DNA of 43,036 bases from Shigella phage SFN6B: the sequence record KY684082. The stretch is one strand, 5' to 3'. Positions 1 to 7,370 of this stretch are shown here, one piece after another. The position numbers and the translations under genes are program-made. The notes beneath the pieces were generated by a model, which worked only from the letters and a program-made list of their open reading frames with translations, was not told where the DNA came from and made no database searches. The first letter of the stretch is position 1, and the number at the start of each line of letters is the position of its first letter.

Positions 1-14
1 CTCCCCCCCCCCCT
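1..14. repeat. Terminal homopolymer tract CTCCCCCCCCCCCC, also present at the right window end; putative terminal-repeat or assembly junction
   Basis: The window starts ct+c(11)+tg and ends cccct+c(11); the shared ~13-nt string sits at both extremities. Confidence 0.5.
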
Positions 15-245
15 GTAGTTGGGGGGCTTTTCCTTTTGTAGGTTAGTATTTATAAGCACTATTCCAGGTGCATATATGAAGTTATCTGCAAGTGGGTACA
101 AGAGAAGCGCCTGGAACATCACAAGGACTTCTCCCCTGCGCAGGTGTATACCTGAACTCGAAATTTGTTAGACTCACGCGAGGCCCTCCCTCACCCTCAA
201 CGCGCCCAATTGCCCCCATAGGGGGTGTCTAGCGTATAAATGAGG

Positions 246-256
246 GGGGGGGGGCC
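246..256. repeat. Poly-G tract (11 G) followed by GGCCGTCTAG-type short direct repeats
   Basis: Read directly: gagggggggggggccgtctagacgtctagatggccagctgtgggccgtctaggg. Confidence 0.6.
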
Positions 257-390
257 GTCTAGACGTCTAGATGGCCAGCTGTGGGCCGTCTAGGGCGGAC
301 CAGGAGGGCCGTAGAAGCTCGCTGCGCGGCCTAATGGCTATTGCTAGTGCTATCCTATGCCTATCGCTATAAGCTCCTTGTAGGGCCGCT

Positions 391-433
391 GGGAAGCTCT
401 GGGAGGCACTAGGGAGGCACTAGGGAGGCACTA
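391..433. repeat. Tandem repeat, 11-bp unit GGGAGGCACTA x3 plus one degenerate copy
   Basis: Read directly: gggaagctct gggaggcacta gggaggcacta gggaggcacta. Confidence 0.85.
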
Positions 434-482
434 AGTGGGCCGTGGGGACGCGCTCCGTCTTGCTTATTTTGTGCGCCTATTG

Positions 483-545
483 CGGGCTTCCATTGTGGGC
501 TTCCAGTGCCCGCATTGTGGGGCCATAGTGGGGGCCATAGTGGGC
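483..545. repeat. Cluster of short direct repeats (GGGCTTCCA x2, CATTGTGGG x2, GGCCATAGTGG x2)
   Basis: Read directly from the sequence; overlaps the probably spurious ORF 435..671. Confidence 0.75.
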
Positions 546-561
546 CGCCCAGTGCGCCGTG

Positions 562-590
562 GTGCTATCGCTAGTGCTATCGCTAGTGCT
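562..590. repeat. Tandem repeat, 12-bp unit GTGCTATCGCTA x2.4
   Basis: Read directly: gtgctatcgcta gtgctatcgcta gtgct; related GTGCTA(T/C)CCCTAG copies near 664-680 and 961-990. Confidence 0.8.
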
Positions 591-717
591 TTACATTGTG
601 CCGATTATATGCTACTCTGCGCGCTCCCCACTGAGGCGCACTTCCACTACCCACCACACGCCGTCACCTAGTGCTATCCCTTCACCCTTACTTTCATTCG
701 AAAGCTAATAAGAAATG

Positions 718-734
718 ATGTTACAGGAGTAGGA
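718..734 (+). promoter_or_regulatory. Candidate phage-RNAP promoter, copy 1 of exact 17-mer ATGTTACAGGAGTAGGA (left non-coding end)
   Basis: Exact 17-mer shared with 20183..20199 and 32788..32804; ends in ...GAGTA|GGAG, resembling the -1/+1 region of T7-family promoters. Confidence 0.4.
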
Positions 735-890
735 GGGTTTTAGGGCACTACATACATACTACTTACTACTACTCACTAGTATCCCCTAGTAATGCCCTAT
801 ATTACGACCGTAGGGAGTAAGCATTACCTACACAGTAACTGCATTGCTCCGTGTCCTTTCACTTCGTACGGACACTACGCACTGCTTTAT

Positions 891-940
891 GTAGTATTAG
901 ATAGTGTTAGGTAGTATTGGTTAGTATTGGTTAGTGGTGG
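891..940. repeat. Degenerate tandem repeat, ~10-bp unit (GTAGTATTAG / GGTTAGTATT) x5
   Basis: Read directly: gtagtattag atagtgttag gtagtattgg ttagtattgg ttagtggtgg. Confidence 0.75.
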
Positions 941-1201
941 CGAGCAGTGGCTACAGCTAGTAGCTGCATAGTGCTACCCCTAGTGCTATCCCTAGAATAG
1001 AAGCATTGGCTAAGTATTTGCCCCGCTTACCCCTTTTGCTCTCAGTGATAAAAGTTTAAAAAAAAGTGCTTGCTTCTTTTGGTTAGTTAGCGCTATAGTT
1101 CAATCACCGGGAGGCACTGAGGCGCTGAACGGGGTAGAGTCGGGAGACTCCACCGGATTAAAGCTAGATAGTGTGAAGGGTTAGATACTCGATAAAAAGA
1201 G

Positions 1202-1230
1202 TTGACACCGCGAAGAACATAGGCTAGATT
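1202..1230 (+). promoter_or_regulatory. Sigma70-like early promoter (TTGACA - 17 bp - TAGATT)
   Basis: Perfect -35 hexamer TTGACA, 17-bp spacer, -10 TAGATT (4/6); lies in the non-coding leader upstream of the first ORFs. Weaker candidates near 1070-1099 (TTGCTT-18-TATAGT) and 1274-1302. Confidence 0.5.
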
Positions 1231-1575
1231 GAATCCCGAAGTAAGCAGTTAGGTAGTACACAGAAACAAACGCTTGACAAGTTCAGATTCACCTAGTAAC
1301 TTAGATAGCGAACAACGTAGTAAGCTGATTTGCGGGGAGGCCCAGTACCTTGACTGGTACGATGACGACTGAGCCTATACAATCAGTGTAGTAAAGAAGT
1401 AACGTCAAGAGCTGAGACGACAAACGGCTGGGGCGCTGAGGCGCTGCCCCTTAAAAGAATAGCGTCGAGACCTGAGCCACAGGTTCCACGGTTGTGCAGT
1501 GGGTAACAAGGTGAAAGATTAGCGTCCAGCTAGATACTGCTAGGGCGTTAATCTTTGACTTTGATGGAGGACACA

Positions 1576-1791
1576 ATGAAATATCGTGAGAAGTTAGCCC
1601 AACAATTCGCCGGACTTGAGAAGTTATCTGGTCCGGAATTGAGAAAACGCCGGGACGCGTTGAATCGTGCCGGGTATATGCGGATGAAACAATCTGCTAC
1701 ATTCAGCACGAACGTACGCGGTAAGACCAAAACAAGGGGAAGTAGCAAGGCCCCGCAAGGCTGGTACACTGCCGGGCAGTTCGGACGCTAA
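1576..1791 (+). CDS. Hypothetical early protein (basic, ~71 aa)
   Basis: ORF track 1555..1791; in-frame ATG at 1576 with GGAGGA a few nt upstream; first ORF after the non-coding leader. Confidence 0.45.
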   Translation: MKYREKLAQQFAGLEKLSGPELRKRRDALNRAGYMRMKQSATFSTNVRGKTKTRGSSKAPQGWYTAGQFGR

Positions 1792-1797
1792 TTACAG

Positions 1798-1828
1798 CCT
1801 ATAGCATCCTACGGGGTGCTATGTGAAG
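1798..1828 (+). promoter_or_regulatory. Conserved inverted-repeat element, copy 1 (CCTATAGCATCC-tacg-GGGTGCTATGTGAAG)
   Basis: 9-bp stem with 4-nt loop; same motif family at 2646..2675 and 9606..9637; ~39 bp upstream of the gene starting at 1867. Confidence 0.5.
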
Positions 1829-1866
1829 TAATTCGATAAGTAAACAACCAATCAAAGAGGTGTATC

Positions 1867-2451
1867 ATGACTAATATGACTAATGCAACCAAAAAAGTAT
1901 TCAAATTAACCGCCGCCGGCAATATCCGTAAAGCACTGCGCGATGTAGTAGAAGCCAAGCGTAATATCACTATCAGCGCTCTGTTCCACGGCCTGATTAG
2001 TAGCAACGTTTCTTGGGCGACGGATATGCAGCGCAGTGATGCCGCTGACTTTGATATGGTGCTGCGTACACTGCTGCCCATCAAGTTCAACAAGGAATCT
2101 GGCAAGTACGAGTTCCACGCTAAAAAGTGCTATGCGTCGGCTGAGAAGTTGGGTATTGAGCTGGATACTATGCGTCTGGACTATAAACAAGCTGACAAGC
2201 AAGGCCGTGAAGAGATTGTTGCCAGCTTCTACAGCGCTTGTATGGCCCTGTACAACGCTGAAGCGGATAAGGTGAAGAATGATGCCTTAGATGCCGATGC
2301 CGTGCGTCTGCAAGCTCTGGGGCGCGTTAAAAACGCCATCAAGAAAGCTAAGGAAACTGGTGTAAGCGATTCCGATCTGGTGAGTATGCTCATCAGTCAG
2401 GGTGTTGATGTGCGTGCTGTACTGGATGCAACTTTGAAGGTGGCGGCATGA
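1867..2451 (+). CDS. Hypothetical early protein (194 aa)
   Basis: ORF track; ATG preceded by AAAGAGG; no recognisable catalytic motif. Confidence 0.7.
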   Translation: MTNMTNATKKVFKLTAAGNIRKALRDVVEAKRNITISALFHGLISSNVSWATDMQRSDAADFDMVLRTLLPIKFNKESGKYEFHAKKCYASAEKLGIELDTMRLDYKQADKQGREEIVASFYSACMALYNAEADKVKNDALDADAVRLQALGRVKNAIKKAKETGVSDSDLVSMLISQGVDVRAVLDATLKVAA

Positions 2452-2525
2452 GCATGGAACTTGTAGGACTCATTCTAGTGATTGCGCTACTGGTCATAGT
2501 AATAGCAGAGTGCAGACGCTTATGA
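2448..2525 (+). CDS. Putative 25-aa hydrophobic mini-protein (MSMELVGLILVIALLVIVIAECRRL)
   Basis: Not in ORF track (too short); ATG overlaps the upstream stop in an ATGA arrangement; almost entirely a single TM-like helix. Confidence 0.3.
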   Translation: MSMELVGLILVIALLVIVIAECRRL

Positions 2526-2645
2526 TTATCAAGTGCTGGGCCTTATGCCCAGCGGCCAACGATACCGACGCCTTTGACGTGCCAACCCGGGGGCGCCATA
2601 ACAAGTGGTGCTACGAAGGTTTAGGGGAGTACGTATAGTGTCAAG

Positions 2646-2675
2646 CCTATAGCGCCTTAGTGGGCGCTATGTGAA
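2646..2675 (+). promoter_or_regulatory. Conserved inverted-repeat element, copy 2 (CCTATAGCGCC-ttagtg-GGCGCTATGTGAA)
   Basis: Perfect 8-bp stem ATAGCGCC/GGCGCTAT; ~25 bp upstream of the ATG at 2700. Confidence 0.5.
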
Positions 2676-2699
2676 TGCCACTAATAAGTGAGGTTTCAA

Positions 2700-2921
2700 A
2701 TGAAAGCAAAGATAATCCATCCGGGGCACGTACTCTGGCCCGTGTGGTGCAACCAAGTGCACCCAGAGTATAATTACACTGTGATGATATTCTCTGACCT
2801 AGATACTGATCAGGAATTCCCTTTAGACCTCGTTGATACTTATACCGAAACGGCGGCGCGCACTCTGCTGGACGCCGTGAATCTAGGTGTTATTACCGAC
2901 TGGAAGCAACTTTATGGCTAG
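2700..2921 (+). CDS. Hypothetical early protein (73 aa)
   Basis: ORF track 2688..2921; ATG at 2700 has GAGG upstream. Confidence 0.5.
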   Translation: MKAKIIHPGHVLWPVWCNQVHPEYNYTVMIFSDLDTDQEFPLDLVDTYTETAARTLLDAVNLGVITDWKQLYG

Positions 2922-3102
2922 TAAGTACGGGAAGAATCCTGAAACGCTGCTGATGCGTAGGCAGCAACCAACGATCGAGGGACTGGCGCGGGAGTACAGC
3001 GCGAAGGCAGCACTGCGTCAGCACTATGAGAAACAAGCGAAGCGCCTGGGTATGACCCTGCGCGGTTACTGTCAACGTTTTAATGTACGAGGTGTAGTAT
3101 GA
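2914..3102 (+). CDS. Hypothetical early protein (62 aa)
   Basis: ORF track 2887..3102 trimmed to the first ATG after the upstream gene (MASKYGKN...). Confidence 0.45.
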   Translation: MASKYGKNPETLLMRRQQPTIEGLAREYSAKAALRQHYEKQAKRLGMTLRGYCQRFNVRGVV

Positions 3103-3296
3103 ATGAACTAGTTAAGTATGATTTATACAGACGCCGGAATGGGTTACTGTACCGGGTGTCACTGCATGGCGCACTGTACGGGCCCGCTGAGTTTTACGCC
3201 ACCGGTTGTTGGGTACAATCACACCTAACAATTTTTGGTGTAATAACAGGTAGTGCGAGCACGCTAGTGGCCCGCAACGTAGTATTCAAGGATTAA
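3099..3296 (+). CDS. Hypothetical early protein (65 aa)
   Basis: ORF track; ATGA overlap with the upstream gene. Confidence 0.45.
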   Translation: MNELVKYDLYRRRNGLLYRVSLHGALYGPAEFYATGCWVQSHLTIFGVITGSASTLVARNVVFKD

Positions 3297-3298
3297 AT

Positions 3299-3643
3299 AT
3301 GCTCACAGTAGACGAAACAGCGCTACTGTGTTGGCGCTTGCTAGAGACGCAAGGCAAGTGCGGCTGCAGTTGGGAAACATTCAAAGAGGTCCCTAATGAA
3401 CTCAAGCGAATCGTACCGGTCGAGCGTAGGCCCCTCCGAGTTCGTAAGCAGGATTCTACGGTGGTGCTCACCGCATACCGGGAGTATACAGAATCTGCCG
3501 CGCGGCAGTTGCAAGAGCACCTTGCATTCAATGTGGTTGCAGCGCTACGGCAGTATGGATATAGGGGAGCTTTTACGCGATTTAAAGCCGCAGTGCGAGC
3601 CTATTACAAGCAGCAACAACTCTCTGCGTGGTATGCACGCTGA
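3299..3643 (+). CDS. Hypothetical early protein (114 aa)
   Basis: ORF track; AAGGA Shine-Dalgarno upstream. Confidence 0.55.
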   Translation: MLTVDETALLCWRLLETQGKCGCSWETFKEVPNELKRIVPVERRPLRVRKQDSTVVLTAYREYTESAARQLQEHLAFNVVAALRQYGYRGAFTRFKAAVRAYYKQQQLSAWYAR

Positions 3644-3689
3644 ACTTTTAACGTATGATGAGATACTAGTAACACCGGAGACAAAGAAA

Positions 3690-5405
3690 ATGCAAGAGAC
3701 TAACAAAGTAAACGTAGATGCAAACGTACCTGCAAATGTACCTGCCTACGAGGGTTGGACCATCAAATTTCCAGAAGGGGCCAACGCTCTTCCGCTGAAG
3801 AAACAGATGTACTCTTCCGGGGATTACTGGTGCCAACTTCCCTACCTATCAACTCGAGGCCATGCGCGCGTGCAAAGTAACAAAACCCGTGCGCTTTTGA
3901 ATGGCATTTATATGTGGTCAAAGGTGCTGCCGGGATATATTGTAGCACTTGGCAACTTTACAGCTGCAGGAGAGGAGTTGAGTGTATATACTGGGCCGCT
4001 GGGAGCAGTTGATATTAGTGACACTCTCCTGCATAAGCTCCTTGACCGTGCAAGTACCTGCGACCGGGCATTCGGTTTATACAGCAGAACCTTCTATGAT
4101 GGCCCTGACGTAGTTACAGAGCGCGTAGTAGAGGCGGTGCAATACTTCACTGGATACAAGGTGCACAAACAGGCTATAGAGTTGTTCGAAGAGATTATGC
4201 TAGCACCTACGTACTCCCTCCGGGCCAAATACACTCGCGGCGCGTACAGTGAGCGTGATGGAGATTACTGGGCAGCAACCTTGCTTATGCAGTTGCACGG
4301 GTTCGTGGTGTCTAGGTTTGCAATCCCGCTGGGTTTTGGATTCCGAAACGGTGAGCCTGTAGTAATGCTGGGGCAGCCGCGACTACACAAAGATTATGCT
4401 GCAATTACCGAGTATCGCTGCGTGGAGATGCGCGTGGGTAAATGGCTTGCTAACTACTACGGTAGTGGGGTAGACTTCCGGGAATGTATTGAAGACCTCA
4501 AAGCTATGAATGTAGACCCAACCACGTATCTTTGTAAGACCGAAGAGGAGTGGTACAACGCATACGAGAAAGGCCCGCGTAGCTGCATGACCGGATACAA
4601 CTTCGAGTATAGCCCGGTGCGTGTATACGCTACGACGAGTCACGGCTTGCCGGATAATGGGCTGCGCTTGTTCATCCAGTATACCGGTGAACTTTTTGGC
4701 GACGACTTTAAAGTGCAAGCCCGCGCTATCGTTAACATCGAAACCAACGAATACGTCCGTGCATACGGAGATGCTGCGGACGCCATTCTACGTGCTAATG
4801 GGTATGAGCACGATACAGACTGCTTAGATGGCGCACTACTGGCACGCATTCCGCACCCAGAGAATGAAGGTGCCGTGCTTATGCCGTACTTAGACGGGAA
4901 TCAAGATGGCGTGGATGAAGAGGGGAATAATGCGTTCGTTATCTGCGACTGCTATGACTATGAAGCACAGGATGCTGACGGGTACATTTGGATTGATGAC
5001 GATCGCTGCGCTTGTACAGAGTGTGGGGAACGTTTCGACGAGGAGGACATGTACGTATCTTGTGACGGTGGTTATGTATGCTCGCACTGTATCGGTGATA
5101 CTTACGTACAGGTAGTGGGCCGCAGCGTAGTGTACCCATCATGGGATTGCTCATGGTCTGACTACCACGACTCTTGGGTACTTGACCAGGACGTAGCAGA
5201 TTGTGCTGTAGAGGGTACAGTGCATGATGAAGAGCCAATGGTGTGCGTACAAGGGTACAATGTTCTGAGTGTGCATGCCGAAGAGCACCCAGTGCACGGT
5301 ATGATTCTCACGGAGTATGCTGCGTCCGTATTGGATGAACCCTACCTCGGTAATGAAGAAGCCGAAGAAGACAAGGAAGCTAAAGCAGAACAGGAGGCAG
5401 CTTAA
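3690..5405 (+). CDS. Large early protein of unknown function (~571 aa) with C-terminal Cys-rich zinc-ribbon-like cluster and acidic tail
   Basis: ORF track 3396..5405; start moved to ATG 3690 (GGAG upstream; avoids overlap with 3299..3643); alternative ATG at 3633. Cys cluster CDCYDY...CACTECGERF...CDGGYVCSHC; C-terminus EEAEEDKEAKAEQEAA. Confidence 0.65.
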   Translation: MQETNKVNVDANVPANVPAYEGWTIKFPEGANALPLKKQMYSSGDYWCQLPYLSTRGHARVQSNKTRALLNGIYMWSKVLPGYIVALGNFTAAGEELSVYTGPLGAVDISDTLLHKLLDRASTCDRAFGLYSRTFYDGPDVVTERVVEAVQYFTGYKVHKQAIELFEEIMLAPTYSLRAKYTRGAYSERDGDYWAATLLMQLHGFVVSRFAIPLGFGFRNGEPVVMLGQPRLHKDYAAITEYRCVEMRVGKWLANYYGSGVDFRECIEDLKAMNVDPTTYLCKTEEEWYNAYEKGPRSCMTGYNFEYSPVRVYATTSHGLPDNGLRLFIQYTGELFGDDFKVQARAIVNIETNEYVRAYGDAADAILRANGYEHDTDCLDGALLARIPHPENEGAVLMPYLDGNQDGVDEEGNNAFVICDCYDYEAQDADGYIWIDDDRCACTECGERFDEEDMYVSCDGGYVCSHCIGDTYVQVVGRSVVYPSWDCSWSDYHDSWVLDQDVADCAVEGTVHDEEPMVCVQGYNVLSVHAEEHPVHGMILTEYAASVLDEPYLGNEEAEEDKEAKAEQEAA

Positions 5406-6439
5406 TGTATGGTGTTGACCTTAAACTACTGACAAAGATACTAACAACGCACCGACCTAGCTGGGGCAGTACCAAATGGTTTGAGCCGCTACTTAGTAGC
5501 GCTCTTGCTGGTGCAGAACACTACGTTAGGGACGCTCATGGTAACTACTTTGTGCTTATTGGTAACTCTGAACAGAGTGACGTAGCATTTACATCACACC
5601 TCGACACAGTGGCCCGGCCTGGTAGTGCTGCGCCAGACATTGCAATCACTAACAAGGGCATAATGTTCCTGCGGAATCCACAGGTGGCGGATTGTCTAGG
5701 TGCAGACTGCGGTGCTGGTATCTACCTGATGCTAGAGATGATTAGGCACGGTGTGCATGGGCGCTACTGCTTCTTCGTGGATGAGGAGGTAGGTTGTGAG
5801 GGCAGCAGAGCATCAGCCAAAGATGATACAGGGTTCTGGACTGGGGTCAAGGCGATGATTAGCTTCGACCGCCGGGGTGATGGTATCATTACGCATCAAC
5901 GGTACATGCGCTGCTGCTCTGATACGTTCGCAAAGGAACTAGCGGCCCGACTAGGACGAACGGAGGCGCACTTACAGAAGGGGGTATACACGGACTCCGC
6001 TGAGTTCGTAAGTATTATCCCAGAGTGCACTAACGTAGGCGTAGGGTACATGCACGAACATACACCAGACGAGGTGCTGGACTTAAACATCCTTGGTCAG
6101 GTACTGGAGCGTGTACTGCAAGCAGGCACATTCAAGCACCTACCGATTGAACGGGATCCAAAGGTAGTGGAACCGGATGCGTGGTTATCTGCCTCTGCGT
6201 ATCCTTTTGATATGTCACTAGATGTTCCCTATGCGGAAGACCCGCATTTACTTGCAGCATTCAAGGAGGTGTCACAGCTTTCTAAGCAGCAACTGATTAG
6301 TTGGGTATTGGATAACCCAGCAAGGGCGGCGGAGTACATCATGGTGTTCTCCGATTATGGCTTCAAAGAGGAACTGATTGAACTTGGCACCCGAGTTGTA
6401 GAGGACTGGGGTGGATACGAGAATATTGTGGAGGGTTGA
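5405..6439 (+). CDS. Putative MH-clan (M20/M28/M42-like) zinc metallopeptidase
   Basis: Ordered motifs matching the co-catalytic zinc peptidase pattern: SHLDTV (H-x-D), LGADCGAG (bridging Asp), FFVDEEVGCEGS (Glu-Glu), later Asp and His (MHEHT). Motif-level reading only. Confidence 0.5.
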   Translation: MYGVDLKLLTKILTTHRPSWGSTKWFEPLLSSALAGAEHYVRDAHGNYFVLIGNSEQSDVAFTSHLDTVARPGSAAPDIAITNKGIMFLRNPQVADCLGADCGAGIYLMLEMIRHGVHGRYCFFVDEEVGCEGSRASAKDDTGFWTGVKAMISFDRRGDGIITHQRYMRCCSDTFAKELAARLGRTEAHLQKGVYTDSAEFVSIIPECTNVGVGYMHEHTPDEVLDLNILGQVLERVLQAGTFKHLPIERDPKVVEPDAWLSASAYPFDMSLDVPYAEDPHLLAAFKEVSQLSKQQLISWVLDNPARAAEYIMVFSDYGFKEELIELGTRVVEDWGGYENIVEG

Positions 6440-6441
6440 TT

Positions 6442-6912
6442 ATGTCTAAGTTTAAAGTTGGTGATAAAGTTGTCCGCAAATCACCCGACGACAGTTCATC
6501 GTTTAAGAAGCACCAAGGGGATTTTGATTACTACACAGTTACAGATATGTCCCCAAGCGGCCACTGGCTGCAGTTGGACAACTTTACTATCGACGATGAC
6601 TATTACCCGTGGTGTGCAACTAACTTCGAGCTGTACCAAGAGCTGGACGACGAGCTGCCGCCTGCACCAACCTCAGTACTCTATTACCATAGCACTGCGG
6701 ATGCATATAACTTGCAGCATATGATCGTGCAACCACATTGGGAGTTAGAGGGACATCTCAGTATCGCTATCGTGAAGAGCGGTAAAAAGTTCGATCCCCT
6801 GGCTTACGGTGATGCATTATCCCTCAACCTGGAACCCGATGCAGCCTTGCAGTTGGCACATGACCTATGCCGCATGGCTATGGATATTAAACGTAAGGAG
6901 AAAGCACAGTGA
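6442..6912 (+). CDS. Hypothetical protein (156 aa)
   Basis: ORF track 6436..6912; ATG at 6442 preceded by GGAGGG. Confidence 0.6.
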   Translation: MSKFKVGDKVVRKSPDDSSSFKKHQGDFDYYTVTDMSPSGHWLQLDNFTIDDDYYPWCATNFELYQELDDELPPAPTSVLYYHSTADAYNLQHMIVQPHWELEGHLSIAIVKSGKKFDPLAYGDALSLNLEPDAALQLAHDLCRMAMDIKRKEKAQ

Positions 6913-7370
6913 AGTATGAGTACAACCCGGATACCGGGGAGATACTGCGCTATGGGAAACCGGTAGGGTCTAAGGACTCCTCCGGGTACCTGGTGGTGTG
7001 GGTGGATGGTAAGTGCTGGCGTGCCCACCGTCTGGCCTACCACCTACAAGGCTTGCCGGTACCTAGACAAGTGGACCACATTAATGGAATCAAAGATGAT
7101 AACCGGTGGGTCAACTTACGTGCAGCCACTAACTCTCAGAACCAGTACAACCGCAAAGGTTGTGCTGCATCAGGAAACCTAAAGGGCGCATACTACAACA
7201 AGGCTATGCGCAACTGGTACTCCCTAATTCGTGTAGGTGGTAAGCGTAAATACTTAGGCTCTTACCGTTCGGAAGCTGAGGCCCACGCAGCCTATGTAAA
7301 GGCCTCTCAACAAATGCACGAGGGGTTTGATGTATGGACGAGCCGTGGCTTAGAGCCTGCAAGCGCCTAG
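6909..7370 (+). CDS. HNH homing endonuclease (HNH plus AP2-like DNA-binding region), paralog 1
   Basis: VDHINGIKDDNRWVNLRAATNSQN HNH core; GTG start with AAGGAG upstream; paralogs at 13318, 24732 and 35743. Confidence 0.8.
   Translation: MKYEYNPDTGEILRYGKPVGSKDSSGYLVVWVDGKCWRAHRLAYHLQGLPVPRQVDHINGIKDDNRWVNLRAATNSQNQYNRKGCAASGNLKGAYYNKAMRNWYSLIRVGGKRKYLGSYRSEAEAHAAYVKASQQMHEGFDVWTSRGLEPASA

Noticed and set aside
435-671. ORF-track 78-aa ORF in the left non-coding end
   Set aside because: It lies entirely within tandem and direct repeat arrays, its translation is low-complexity repeat-derived, and it has a GTG start without a Shine-Dalgarno. Most likely a spurious reading frame.
391-940. CRISPR array in the left-end repeats
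   Set aside because: Repeat units are 10-12 bp and directly tandem with no unique spacers of CRISPR length, and no cas genes are present.
3396-3689. Upstream extension of the large early ORF to the track start at 3396
   Set aside because: It would overlap the 3299..3643 gene by ~250 nt in another frame and has no ribosome-binding site; ATG 3690 with GGAG upstream is the more plausible start.
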